55,202 nucleotides of DNA, filler included, from Sphacelaria rigidula (GCA_964200075.2; 6 parts of 6 records of this genome joined end to end with filler, not necessarily neighbours in it); one strand, 5' to 3'. Shown: positions 12,795 to 25,030, counted from the first letter of the whole stretch. The notes: generated by a model from the letters alone, not told the origin. Translations and numbers: made by a program.

Positions 12795-15233
12795 CTAAAG
12801 GCCGTCTTCATATTCTGTCAAGTCGGCCAGGTGGTCAATATCATAGCAATCCCAAGATTCTGGCAACTCCGATCCGAACACAAAGTCTGTCACGTCAACA
12901 TAATTTTCCCCTCCTTCACCGCCGTCGTCGTCATCGTCGTCGTCGTCGTGGTCGCCACCCAAAAGGAGTGCTTCCAGCTCACATACCTCTTCCTGAGTAG
13001 GGGTTGGCGCCTCTTGACATTCGAAGTCATCGTCGTCGTCGTCCGGGAGAGGTGGCACCAGCTGACAGTCCTCCTCCTGAGCAGGGCGTGGCACCTCTTT
13101 ACATTCGAGGTCATCGTCGTCGTCATTCGGGAGAGGTGGCACCAGCTGATCAAACGAGTATTGAGGGGGGGTTGTCACCTCCTTACATTCGAGGTCATCG
13201 TTGTCCTTGTCCGGGAGAGGTGGCGATAGCTGACAGACCTCCTCCTGAGCTGGGCGTGGCACCTCTTTACATTCGAGGTCATCGTTGTCCTTGTTCGGGA
13301 GCGGTGGCGAGAGCTGACAGGTGTCCTCCTGAGCAGGGCGTGACACTTCTTGACATTCAAGGTCATCGCGGTCGTCGTTTGCGAGAGGTGGCGACAGCTG
13401 ATAGACCTCCTCCTGAGCAGGGCGTGGCACCTCTTCACATTCGAGGTCGTCGTCGTCGTCATCCGGAAGAGGTGGCACCAGCTGACAGACGTCCTCCTGA
13501 GCTGGGCGTGGCACCTCCTTACATTCGAGATCATCGCTGTCCTTGTTCGAGAGCGGTGGCGAGAGCTGACAGACGTCGTCCTGAGCTGGGCGTGGCATAT
13601 CTTTACATTCGAGGTCATCGCGGCCGTCGTTCGAGAGAGGTGGCGACAGCTGACAGACCTCCTCCTGAGCAGGACGTGGCACCTCTTCACATTCGAGGTC
13701 GTCACCGTCGTCATCCGGGAGAGGTGGCGATAGCTGACAGGCGTCCTCCTGAGCAGGGCGTGGCACCTCTTTCAACTCGAGGTCATCGTCGTCATCGTCC
13801 GGGAGAGGTGGCGTCAGCTGACAGACCTCCTCCTGAGCAGGGAGTGACACATCTTTCCATCCCTCGCCTTCTAGACCCTCTACGATAGATACTACCGTAG
13901 CCCAGTCAGACGGTTCTAAGCTCTGCGTGCCTTCCTCCGTCTCCGCTTCCGCCGCAGCTGTAATCCACGTGTTGCCGCCTCTCTCGTCAGATCCCGGCTC
14001 CCCCGTACACTCGTCAGACTCCAGCTCCTCTGCCCACTCTGCGAATACGTCCGCTATGAGCTGGTCAATGTCTTCGTCTTCCTCGCCCCTTCTCCCGTCC
14101 GACATCAGTTCCGTGATGGGCGTACCAATCATGGCGAGCCTTTCCTCCTTCCCCGCACCAGCCTCGATCGCCACTCCTTTAGACGGCGTGACTGGCTGAG
14201 CAACTGCTACTTTCTCCTGGCTTTCTCCCTCTACTGGCACTTCAGTTGCAGACGCAAGAGTTAGACCCCCTACCTCTTCATCTCGTCCTTCCGCCGCCGT
14301 GTTTTCTGACGTACATGTAGCGATGGTCGCGTCCTCTGCCGATCCCGTCCTTTCCCTCCCCGCTGCCTCCCCTACCGCAGGCATGGCGACCATGACATCC
14401 TCCTTGTCCTGCCTCAGCCCTTCTCCCATCGCCACTCCTGCTGTAGGCGCAGCGACGTCACCACCCTTCTCGCTCCCGTCGCCTTGGCCGTTCTCCGACA
14501 CTGTCGGGGTCTCTGTTTGAGTAGAATCTTCAACCATTTCCAAGCTTTTCACTCTGGCTGCCTCTGGCGACACGACTGTTGTAGGTGCAGTCGTGCCCAA
14601 CACTGCCTTCATCCCATTGTTGTACCCAAGTCCCCTCACCTCCCAGGGGTGCCGCCTCCTTTTCCTTGTGCCGAAAAACTCCGCGGGAGACAGACCGGGC
14701 GGGAAGGTCGGGCCGTCATCACGCTCCTGTCCAAGATAGTCCTCCCGCTCACGTTCCCGAGATGTACCTTCTTCTGTAGCCAACACTTCTCCTGAAGTTC
14801 GATCGACGGGCTCCGGTCCAGGGCTGGTTAACAAAGCGGATAAAGCGGCCATGTGCCGAGAAGATGACGGCGACGAAGGGGCAGATGGAGACGAAGAAGC
14901 ACCGGGAGTTGAGGGTGAAGCCAACAACGCTCTTTCGTGGTCCCACGCATCATCCTCATCATGGGGGCCGGGCTGGTATGTGCACGCGGTCATCTTCAAA
15001 TTTCTGTTGTCTTGGACTTGATTCGGGTGTAAAGAAGCGCCCGCTGCAGAGAGGAGCAAAATCAAGATGTTATCGTCTTCGCCCACCGCACACTGCAGGG
15101 CTAACAGCATGAAGCTGGCCCATTGTTCCGTCGAGGCTTGCTTGTAGATCGCCGCGAATATTTCCTGAGCGCGCGGGCGTAACTCGTCGGGGTGGCGTCG
15201 CGGTGGCCAGGACCTCGGCCAATCGCAGTACAC
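12795..15233 (-). CDS. Intronless 812-aa ORF: ankyrin-family-like N-terminal helices, low-complexity acidic middle, 28-aa acidic Cys/Pro repeats
   Basis: Longest ORF in the window. N-terminal RAQEIFAAIYKQASTEQWASFMLLALQCAVGEDDNILILLLSAAGA resembles the leader and first repeat of brown-algal ankyrin-repeat proteins. The start is GTG and no in-frame ATG was found upstream, so it may be an internal exon or a pseudogene. Confidence 0.6.
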   Translation of the reverse strand: MYCDWPRSWPPRRHPDELRPRAQEIFAAIYKQASTEQWASFMLLALQCAVGEDDNILILLLSAAGASLHPNQVQDNRNLKMTACTYQPGPHDEDDAWDHERALLASPSTPGASSSPSAPSSPSSSRHMAALSALLTSPGPEPVDRTSGEVLATEEGTSREREREDYLGQERDDGPTFPPGLSPAEFFGTRKRRRHPWEVRGLGYNNGMKAVLGTTAPTTVVSPEAARVKSLEMVEDSTQTETPTVSENGQGDGSEKGGDVAAPTAGVAMGEGLRQDKEDVMVAMPAVGEAAGRERTGSAEDATIATCTSENTAAEGRDEEVGGLTLASATEVPVEGESQEKVAVAQPVTPSKGVAIEAGAGKEERLAMIGTPITELMSDGRRGEEDEDIDQLIADVFAEWAEELESDECTGEPGSDERGGNTWITAAAEAETEEGTQSLEPSDWATVVSIVEGLEGEGWKDVSLPAQEEVCQLTPPLPDDDDDDLELKEVPRPAQEDACQLSPPLPDDDGDDLECEEVPRPAQEEVCQLSPPLSNDGRDDLECKDMPRPAQDDVCQLSPPLSNKDSDDLECKEVPRPAQEDVCQLVPPLPDDDDDDLECEEVPRPAQEEVYQLSPPLANDDRDDLECQEVSRPAQEDTCQLSPPLPNKDNDDLECKEVPRPAQEEVCQLSPPLPDKDNDDLECKEVTTPPQYSFDQLVPPLPNDDDDDLECKEVPRPAQEEDCQLVPPLPDDDDDDFECQEAPTPTQEEVCELEALLLGGDHDDDDDDDDGGEGGENYVDVTDFVFGSELPESWDCYDIDHLADLTEYEDGL
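12970..13845 (-). repeat. 84-bp coding tandem repeat, ~10.5 units
   Basis: Unit PAQEEVCQLSPPLPDDDDDDLECKEVPR; 84-bp period (TCGARGTC at 13021, 13105, 13189...). Confidence 0.95.
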
Positions 15234-15410
15234 GCCCTCGCCAACATAGTAGTCACCGGCTTTAGCTTGATCCTGCCAGTATCGCCCGTTGTTCAGCTGC
15301 GCAACATCGCATTGTGTATCGTCGCAGTTGAAGCGGCGTTGTCAGCGAACAGGGGAAAGACTGGCAGATACAGGCTTGTTCACGCTAATCATCCAAATTA
15401 TATTCATCAG

Positions 15411-15667
15411 GAGCAATACTACGGTAGGGGTGCACTTTTTTCGCGAAATTTTGCCTGGTTCAGGGGCTCCTAACGATTCTAGACGCACAAGAATATGGGT
15501 CAGAAAATCCCCGCTTGCAGATTTATTCGGGATATCGCCGGCACATTGTGACAGTAATCCTGGCGTACTCTCTCATATTCTCATGAGTCGTGTTTTGGAT
15601 GAGATAAAGGGCTCTTAACAATTCTAACCTCAGAAAATATTTGTGTACCCCTACCGTAGCATCACTC
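15411..15667. mobile_element. MITE, Sola2-like
   Basis: TIR GAGCAATACTACGGTAGGGGTGCAC / GTGTACCCCTACCGTAGCATCACTC; flanks TCAG/TCAA; inverted homologue at 16396-16659. Confidence 0.88.
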
Positions 15668-16395
15668 TCAACGATTCCTTTTTGCAATATACCTATCCAA
15701 TAGTCGCATACATGGTACCATCCTGACCGTCGTGAACCAATCAGCGACCTTGACACAGTCCTGAAATTAAGAATATGAACTCCAAACCAAATTTCTTCTC
15801 AATCTCCACACGCTGAAAAAGTGTAGTAGCCGCCATCAACCCGGGAATCCAGCGGGAAAAAAAATACTCAAAAACGATGGTGATCGGATCGAATTACATC
15901 CAAATCACGGCATTTCTGTTATGTGGGGTTTTGGCGCCGTCAGACTTGTACTCGTAGAAATATGCACCGGAGACCCCGGAGAATTCCTGAGGGTTCCCCT
16001 TATATCTGTCGTGGAAAATCTCAAACCACCTCAAAATTGGCAGTTCGGTAGACTTTGGCGCTCCAAATGCAGTAATATGTTGTTTGAAATATTTCAAAAT
16101 CCGTGCTAGATTCCAGTCCCCCTGGGTCTTCATGTCGAGACCCCCGAAAGCCGGCAAAGAATAACCTAAAAACGAACAAAAACAAATGTTAGCATCCCGG
16201 GATAGTCCAAGAAATAGTTGTACAAAGTTTCGTTGCGCAACGAAGAAAACTCACGCAATAATGTCGCTTTCACGTTGGATTTACCCAAAAGATCTTCTCA
16301 ACACTGAAATCAAGAGGTTTAGGAGTTCGCCCAGTTTAAGCTCACTTAATCACACAAAACTGAAAACCTTCACGGCATCTTTTGAAGCTAGACTG

Positions 16396-16659
16396 GAGTG
16401 ATGCTACGGTAGGGGTACAAATTTTCTGAGGCTAGAATTGTTAGGAGCCCTTCATCTCATCCAAAACACGACTTATGAAAATATGCGAAAGTACACCAGG
16501 ATTGCTATAATATATTCCAACGTGCTGGGGATATCCCGAATGAATCTGCAAACAAACGGAGATACCCTGACCCATATTCTTGTGCGTCTAGAATCGTTAA
16601 GAGCCCCTGAACCAGACAAAATTTTGCGAAAAAAGTGCACCCCTACCGTAGCATTGCTC
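16396..16659. mobile_element. MITE, Sola2-like, perfect 4-bp TSD
   Basis: GAGTGATGCTACGGTAGGGGTAC...GTGCACCCCTACCGTAGCATTGCTC flanked by ACTG at 16392-16395 and 16660-16663. Confidence 0.92.
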
Positions 16660-17360
16660 ACTGCGATACTTTGCATGAATGGGTCATTTTGAATTTTTCA
16701 TTAGTTATCGGGGGTCTCTGAAGGGCATCTGATCGCCGAGGAACTCTGGGATTCTCCATAACCTTGAAGAAAAATAAATAAATCCAAGAGAGTCAATCTA
16801 TCGAAATTCGGGGGGGGGGATTGTTGCTGTTGGCATTGTAGCTGTTGTCTTCACATTAAAAACCGCCCCGATCTCTGCACAGTACATTCATAGTTCCGTA
16901 CGGGCACATGTGATGCGGGCGCCTTACAAGCTGACTACCAAAAAATACGGTACAAGGAAATCAAAGAAAAATAATAATAATAAGGGCCCAGATAATTCAA
17001 CACAGACGCCATGAAAATGAAAGAAGAAATGATAGTAACCCCATGAGGCCCCAGGAGACCATTCGGACTAAAAAAGGAGACACTGGAGAGCCCATCGCTC
17101 CCACTCGACACGCGAAGCGAAGTAATAATTATTCCTAAATCAAGAAGTCAAAATCATCCATCATACAGTAAAAATGATATGGTTCTGTCCTTGTACCCCT
17201 ACTTGGCCGAGGTGTATTACCCGCCGGGTTTACGCCGGCGGCCATGCCCTTTCCCCACACATGTCTATCTACACATGTGTGGGCGTTCTGAAAAACTAAG
17301 AGACGCGTGTTATCCTTTGGATACTCCGTTGGAAGGCAAAACTAAGGCGTAGCACTTCAA

Positions 17361-17766
17361 CCGATCGCCCCGGTGGCTTACGTGATAGCCTCGAAACTTT
17401 CGGTCAGTTGGGTCGTGGGTTCGATTATTGTCAATGGAGGTACACCAACTGGTATTTTTGCTCACAGCATACCCAACAATGGAGAACGACTACGTCGTGG
17501 GTACACACACATCATGATTCAACTTAACGGTCGACGAGGGCAAGGAGTCGCTGAACCCCTCTCGCGCGATAAAAGCACAAAAAAGGCGAACGCACCGCGC
17601 AGAAGGAAGGTGGAGTTCTTGAAGCAAAATAAAACAAAGGAGCAGAAAAAAAAGTTCCTGTGTTCGCTCTTCCTCCTGTGTGCGACCCCGACTGACGCGC
17701 CCACACAAACTGAACGGTGTAATAAGCGGGCCTCCAGAATAGATGGGATGGCAACACAATACGCAC
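17361..17766 (+). mobile_element. tRNA-derived SINE, diverged copy
   Basis: Same 5' end CCGATCGCCCCGGTGGCT, B-box GGTTCGATT and same 3' tail TCCAGAATAGATGGGATGGCAACAC as 6862-7223. Confidence 0.85.
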
Positions 17767-18336
17767 ACAAATCCCCACCATTCTGAAATATTTCATGTCG
17801 GGTTTTTCATCGGCCAGGCACACCCCCGCCATACGCAGACACTTACTGACGGACAGCCATATATGTACGAAAGTACAAGGCTCAACAACAAGAACATCAC
17901 AAAGCAACACACTGCGCTGGGGAAAGAGTGAAGGACGCGATTAGTGAATGACCTACAGTATGTACAAATGTGTGCAGACGTTCGAACGAAGTATAACGCC
18001 CCGCCCTATCAAGTCAAGAAAAATATGAGAATGGACCTTTGACTTTGGCAGCGATTGTGCACGACCTTTCGCGTATTTTATCCTTCTTCTGCTTGATTGT
18101 GGGCTGAGGTCGTCACTTCAGCAAATCATTTTTCGGTCGAAATGGTGCGGCGGGGAAGAAAAAATTCCGATCAGGATAGGTCGTCATTCATGTTGATATC
18201 ATTTTTTTGCATGAAAATGACAACCAACCTATCAGGTCGGAATTTTTCAATCCCACCGCATTTTTTTTTTTTTATTTGATTAATGATTTGTTACGATAAC
18301 CCTTGGGGATTTTTTTAAAACATAATGGAAACAAAA

Positions 18337-18436
18337 NNNNNNNNNNNNNNNNNNNNNNNNNNNNNNNNNNNNNNNNNNNNTTAATTAATTAANNNNNNNN
18401 NNNNNNNNNNNNNNNNNNNNNNNNNNNNNNNNNNNN
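18337..18436. other. Artificial contig linker
   Basis: 44N + TTAATTAATTAA + 44N. Confidence 0.98.
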
Positions 18437-18943
18437 ACACGCGTGCCGATGACGATATCACCAGAGAGAGAAGCAACGACAGAGAGGAAGCTCCTCGCCC
18501 GTGTCCTTTGTGTGTCCCCGCTCGGCGATTACCAAACTCTCGAGAGACTGGCATCATCAATGTTATTATACCAGCATGTGCCGAATTTTTCATGTCCCGA
18601 AACACCGAGCTGCGGAAAGATTCCGTCGTCTCTTCTTGCCTGTCGCCAACGCGAATATCGATTTCTCTCTGCCTCTCGTTTTGGAAAGGACGCGCCTCTG
18701 TGCGCTGAAAAACATGTTGAAAAAATAGAGCAATGTTCCCGTCACCGCTACTACTGTTCTCTGCCAGACACATGTCAGCAAGGGCGGTGCTGCGGCAATA
18801 ACAGATAGATCCAATCTCAACTTAGGGGGTGTTATTCATCGTTGATTTTCGCCGACCTCCCCCTACCCGGGTGGCCGAGCAGAAGGGCACGCCGCACGCC
18901 AGTTGAGGGGGGTGTATGAGAGGTCAAACACTTGTAGAGACCT

Positions 18944-19355
18944 TTTTCACATGCGGAGTGAAAAAAGATACCTATGGTGGTGACCTAACTGTTGCTAGCG
19001 TGGCGCATAAGCAATGTGCAGCACACGCTGGTCGCGTGAACAGCTCGGTACAGTACGAGTAGCCTCCCATAAGTAATAATCATTCCGATGTCAGGAGGAC
19101 GTGGTTACGGTAACAAACTGCATCGAAGTCGCAAGACCTGTGAATACTAGAGAGTTTGGTCTTTATGATCTGCATCCTCAAAATTAAAAACGGTTCTGAA
19201 AACCTGAGGGAAGGTGACCGCTTCGGGTCCAGTTAAACATCCGAAAAAACCATCGAATAGCAATACGAAACTTTTCCGGGATCGGCATCGGACAGTGCTC
19301 GAACAACGGAACAGAAATCGACAAGTTACCGTTCGTATTAGAAAACAATGCGCAT
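18944..19355 (+). repeat. Left arm of the inverted repeat bracketing the Gypsy relic
   Basis: 18944-19098 is the reverse complement of 27401-27554 apart from one substitution and one indel; 19101-19355 is a more diverged reverse complement of 26961-27202. Confidence 0.92.
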
Positions 19356-19801
19356 GGAACGCTTTGCAGCTTGGAAAACACAGATTTTGATGGAAAGAAA
19401 CTTCTCCGGGCCCCCATGTGTGTTGTATCCGCCTGTAAAAGTATTTCCTCGTTCATCGATGCCTGGCTTGGGGACAGGATCCGCTGTTCATTCTAAAACG
19501 TAGCCCAACCCCGTAACCTCTATTGCACTCCAGTAGAGTTTACCGCGTTGGGCTACGTTTGAGTGTGGTTGATATCACTTGATTTGCGTGTGAACAGCGA
19601 GAAGCGGGATATTAATGGGGCTGACAGTCCCGTGTGCTCCTCGCGTGCGAAAACTCATTTTTCGTTGAAATCGCTGTGGCGCAAATTTGGGGTCTACCAA
19701 GGCCCCACTTCGCGATGGAATGTATATTCCGTCCTTGCCCGAGGGTTCACGGTGTGCGTTGGGTTAGGCTTATGGTTAGGAGTAGCAACACTTGTAGAAT
19801 T

Positions 19802-21750
19802 ATGTCAACTATTCTCAAACGTAGTCTGACGACGGTTAACCCTTGGACCGCGGTGCGGGTAGTCGCTCACAACTCTGATCCAGACGCCACTATCGCCGAC
19901 GATGACCAGGATGACGATGGTTGGACTCCCACGAGTGCCTACTGCAGAGGCAAGAAGAAGAACAACCGGCGGGATGACGACGACAACGGTGGTGGAGGCC
20001 CACGCCGCCGCCATGGCTGCGGAGGATCCTCCTCGGGCGGTTTCGGACCGAACCGCACGGTCCACAATAACCGCGGCCCGACCCGGAAGAAACACGTAGG
20101 CAATTACTATTCTTCCGGGTCTTCCGCGACAGGCTGGAACCGATCTAGCACATACCTGCCCCCCTTGGGTTTGACGACACCAAGACAAGTGATACCTAAT
20201 ATGGCCAATGTTTCGGCTCGTATTTTAGGTTATCTGATATGGACACACCAGACCGCCCATTGTCTTCTACTGCAGCCCGCGCTTTAGCAACCGCTGCGGC
20301 TGACAAACAACGTTCCGTAGCTAGTAAAAAACCAGCTTCCGATAGAGTCGAATTTGCCCGAATAGCTGCTATGTAGAGACAGTATATTCAGATGGATGTG
20401 CAAAAGCTCCGGGATATTAAAAACATGCCTGCTGCGGATAACGAAGATTCGGGACAGTTTACTTATGCCCTCATTAAACCCACTCGCCGCACTGTTTGCA
20501 ACATCCTTCACTTGGCGGATGCAACTGGCGCCAAACGTGTCGAATATTCCGATTGGGTAGAAGGCTGGCAGACCCCTTTGCATACAGCATTGCATAGATC
20601 CATCAGCCGCCGCTCTCCCGTCATCGCTGCTTCTTTAACGCAGATCATCGAGGGCTTCCTCGCCCGAATGGGTCCGAATCGTTCCAAGGGGAAGACAGGC
20701 TCGGTATTGCTCTCTGATCTGAAAGGGCGTCTGATCGTTTTTGTTTGATCAAAGTGACCAAGCTAGTGCTATCCAGAGGCTGAGTTTTTTTGTTGTCGCA
20801 TCGGATGTCCCTTTCGCGGATTACCTCCGCGAATATAAGCTTTTGGTCTCCGGTACACTACGGGTGTCGGACGCCAAAACGGGCCGAGTGACGCAATGTG
20901 TCAGACTTAGGTTCGCAATAGCGTTGCTGAACAATATTCGGCTCTGATACCGTCGTTATTTCCGGGTGTCTTGGCGCATCGCGAGGTGCCTTACGCCTCT
21001 GCTGATGCTACGTGGCCTGCTTTTGTACACCAAGAGGGTAATCTAACGCCCGCCATACGTGGCAAGCCTTCTACGCCTGTGAGTTCACAACCTACGGTTG
21101 TGTCCTCCGCTCATGCCCAAGGGTCTCGCGGCAGGAGTTCGAGTCCATCTCGCGCTTCATGGACCCCCGACGCGGTTGCCGGTTCAGTTATGCATGTTCA
21201 AAGAACGGAGGTGCATTCAGTGCGAGTTTTGATGGTCGGCCGTTTTCCGAGGAAACTTGGGAAAATGTTTATTTGACTTCAACCACGGCATTCATCACAG
21301 ATGATTCCCATTTGTGGAACTTACCTATTTCGTCTCCTGCTAGACGCAATGCCTTCAGCAGTCATACCAACAGTTGCATCATCTGTAGTTTTCAAGGCCA
21401 CAGTATGCGTGACTACGACAGTCCATGCACCAATGTCTTTGATCTCATGAACCCTGAATTGCAGGGCAATGAACCCGCGTGGCGGCGATGGCAAAAACGC
21501 ATGCGCGACTATCGCCCACCAAATCAAAATTATCGTATTAATTCGAAATCAACGTGGCCACAAGAGCTCTAATCGCGATCGCCGACAAAAAAACAACAAG
21601 GCAAGCCCTCGCCAGAACGATCATGATTCTCGCGACAATAAACGACCCCCTGATAGACACCAGCGGACGGGGCCGACCCACAACTTGAACCCCAACACCA
21701 GGAACACTGGTACTTTCACTACAGGTCGCGTAGATCCATGCCGTGCCGAC
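19802..21750 (+). pseudogene. gag-like ORF, frameshifted
   Basis: Fragments 19802-20287, 20392-20748, 20741-20947, 20971-21276, 21159-21572; degenerate zinc knuckle CIICSFQGHSMRDY near 21375. Confidence 0.7.
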
Positions 21751-21837
21751 GCCGGCGTTCTACGGTCTTCCGTGCCGCCGACAGCAGTAGCAAAGACTTT
21801 TTCAGCACAGCCCGCGGAGTTCATGACTGAGATTGCT

Positions 21838-22135
21838 CACCCGGCTCCCCCAGCACTATGCAGGAGCGTTACAGACGGCATTTCAAATCGACCCCCGTCT
21901 CCAACCTCCACACACTTTTCAACACAGCCCAGAGCCCGCGACTAGGATTATTCGCCCGGCCCCCCCGGCACTATGCAGGAGCGTTACAGACGGCACTTCA
22001 AATCGACCCCCGTCTCCAACCTCCACACACTTTTCAACACAGCCCGCAGACCCCGCAACTAGGATTGTTCGCCCGGCTCCCCCGGCACAATGCAGGAGCG
22101 CAACTGACGGTCGTTCAAACCGACCCCCGTCTTCA
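21838..22135 (+). repeat. ~116-bp tandem repeat, 2.5 units, at the gag-pol junction
   Basis: CCCGGCYCCCC...GCACTATGCAGGAGCG units start at ~21838, 21953 and 22070. Confidence 0.9.
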
Positions 22136-23109
22136 TCCCTCCACACACCGCGTAACAATTGTGTCACCCCGCGACTCAGACCTACACCCGGCCCTGAACT
22201 TGATCCTTCAGTGCCTAGTATAAGTCTGAGGTGTGGGAGGACCAACCGCCAGTCCCTCAGGCAAAGGCTTCCCTCAGCGACCGCACGCACAAGTAGTAGC
22301 AAGCCTTTTTCAGCTGACCTAAGTGTTGCTGATTTGCACTTGACCACATCGGATCATGTAAATCCCAATCAATTGGATCGAGCTCCTTCCCCGCGGTTTT
22401 CAACACGCGCGGATCTACCTTCGGCCGGTTCTAACAACAACCGCCCCAAAATACCTTCGGCTATGACCCCCCAGACAAGCTTGCCTACGGAAAACAGCCC
22501 AGAAGTTTCGCTCCGTCATGCCCCGATGCTGACCCCATCCACCTGACTGGATGCAGTCGTGGTATCATCCCAAAATGTTTCGGAAGTTCCTCGACCATTG
22601 TCACGGCGAAAGAGAGAGCCCCGTGAACATGCTCCCCAGGACGCGCGCGCATCATCACGTACACCTCTTTCGAGCGGAACTCCTCGACCTCAATCTCTCC
22701 AAAATGCGACAACTTTGAGCTCGACGGCTCTATCAATTATCACGGGAGAAACTGAATAAAATATTTCTGACGTCAATGCTTCTACAATCAACGACTCCAG
22801 CCCCACAGAATCTGGATCCCCCGCGGACGGCGATCCCTATTAACCGAAAGCGATCATTTACGAAATCGCCGATAGTAACTCTGACCGTGCCACACCTGGA
22901 AATAATACCGTCCACACTCCTCACTGGTGACAAATCTGACTCACCGGCGGATCACCCGCCGTGCGTTTTTGCTGTCAGCCCCGCTGATCCTGACCAATTT
23001 ACCTTGCCGGAACACGGTCCGGATCTTGTCGGCGGTAAAGTGTCTGTAGATCCGGCCACTTTCACTACACGCGTTGCGATCCACTCTGGTCCAAACGCTA
23101 CCACGCCTA

Positions 23110-23419
23110 CGAAATGCGTATCCTTGTTGGTCAGCGACAGCCGCAAACCTTTATTCGAGAATCAACATGGAAACACATCAAACAGACTGGTGCTGCTACT
23201 GCAGCTTGCGAAACCACCACCCAACCTCGAGTATGGGGCGGCTTCGGTGATTCTACCGCACCCCTGACGGCACGAAGATCCCCACGTCTCAGTGTGCAAT
23301 TCTTTCACAACATCACTCATTCTGCCAGCCTGAAAGTCTGGGCATACATTGTCCCTGACACCACAATGCACCACGCCATGTTATTGGGCAGAGATAGCTA
23401 TATGCGATTTAATAGATGA
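23110..23419 (+). pseudogene. Retropepsin-like aspartic protease (active site degraded)
   Basis: CVSLLVSDS/PQTFI (degraded LLDSGS), flap VWGGFG and C-terminal MLLGRDSY. Confidence 0.75.
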
Positions 23420-24169
23420 ACCTACCGCACGCTTCCACCACCATCGCCACACTCCACGCCTTGTGGAGAATGCAACCTTGAACACTTCAGTACACTCCAC
23501 GGCGCCCTGGCCTACCAAATTAATACTCAAACATTCGGAGCTGCTTACCACCTGCGATACAACGGTAGTGTTGGCATTACACTCCCCGACGATACTCAAC
23601 TTTTAGAAGTTGCAATAGTTCGCCGAAATGGCATGCCAGCACTTACGGCTCATTATCTTGCCGAAATGTTACCCCGTATTGGCGCATCAGCCGACACAGA
23701 ACATTTTGTCTCGGCAGGACAACAACCCCTCCCTCTTACGAGTCATGCTAACTTGGAACCCGGCAATATTTTGAGAACCACCGCTGCTCCCCTAATGCAC
23801 ATCTTACTCGAGACGTGCGTAACAGAGCCTGCTGCGCCAAACGCCACATCTCCGGCGGAGTGAGTCCATTGTGTCGATGAAACTTATTTCGACCTCGCCT
23901 CTGCGACTCCACCCCAGGCCTACACCGTGGATCCTGCCCAGTCAAATTCCGATCCTCCAGCTAAAGTGCTTCAACGCTCATCACCAGATTCTCGGAATAG
24001 TTTCTTGCAAATGTGAAACCAACTGCCGACACACATGCGCGACATCAATTTTGATCTTCATGGGCCCGGCTGGGGACCGGCAGTCATCCAAGAACTCAGT
24101 GATGTCCTGCTACAGTACCAGGACCGACTTTCCCGATCCAAGACGGATCTTGGGCATTGAAAAACGCTG

Positions 24170-25030
24170 TCCTTTAAGGTTACCCTCCAACCCGGTGTCT
24201 CGCCGATCTCTTCTCGGCCATACTGGACAAACCCAATCCTTACCGAGAAGGTTAACGCTATCTTGGATGCATATTGGAGGCGGGATTAATACAACATTCC
24301 TCCTCTCCTTGGACTTCGCCCCTTGTGGTCGTCCCCAAAAAGGATGGAAACATACGCATAACCGTGAATTACCAACGGTTAAACCGCGTCACTGTGATCG
24401 GTAAACTTCAAATTCCCCGCATAGATGAAGTCTTCGAATCCTTAGGCTAAGGAAAAATATTCAGCACCTTCGACCTCGCTTCTGGGTTCTTTCAGAATGC
24501 TTTTCACCCTGACATAGTCCCACTGACAGCCTTTTGTACCTCGTCCAAACTCTACGAGTGGCTTCGAATACCACGAGGCACTGCCACTGCCCCGGGATGC
24601 TTCCAACGCTTAATGCAACGCGTCACCGAGGGTCTCGAGCACATCATCATGTACCTGGATGACGCTATCGATTTCAATGCCTCACCTCTTGCACATATCC
24701 GCACTCCACGAGAATTTCTCTCTCCCCTACGCACACACGATTTGAGACTGTCTCCATCCAAAGCTCGCGTTGGTGCGACTGACCAGGATTTCCTGAGGCA
24801 TTCCATTTCGCCAGCAGGCCTGCATCCGGATACAAAGTCAAGACGATGACTGCCTTGCCGATGCCAACCAACATTCCTCAACTTCGCTCATTGTTGGGCG
24901 GACTATCCTACTACCGCACATTTTTGCCGAATTTATCTAAACGGATTCGCCCCCTTCCTGAGTTACTCAAGAAAGGGGCCGTGTTTTCCTTCACAACCGA
25001 TGTGGAAAATATCACCCGCGAATTAGTCGT
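24170..25030 (+). pseudogene. Ty3/Gypsy reverse transcriptase and connection domain
   Basis: SPWTSPLVVVPKKDGNIRITVNYQRLN, IPRIDEV, FSTFDLASGFFQ, YLDD at 24652-24663, QLRSLLGGLSYYRTFLPN; in-frame TAA at 24448-24450. Confidence 0.95.

Noticed and set aside
12660-13888. Plus-strand and alternate-frame ORFs over the 84-bp repeat
   Set aside because: Shadow frames of the 812-aa minus-strand ORF.
18381-18773. ORFs running into N runs (also 8963-9166 and 27603-27920)
   Set aside because: They terminate in the artificial linker and have no independent support.
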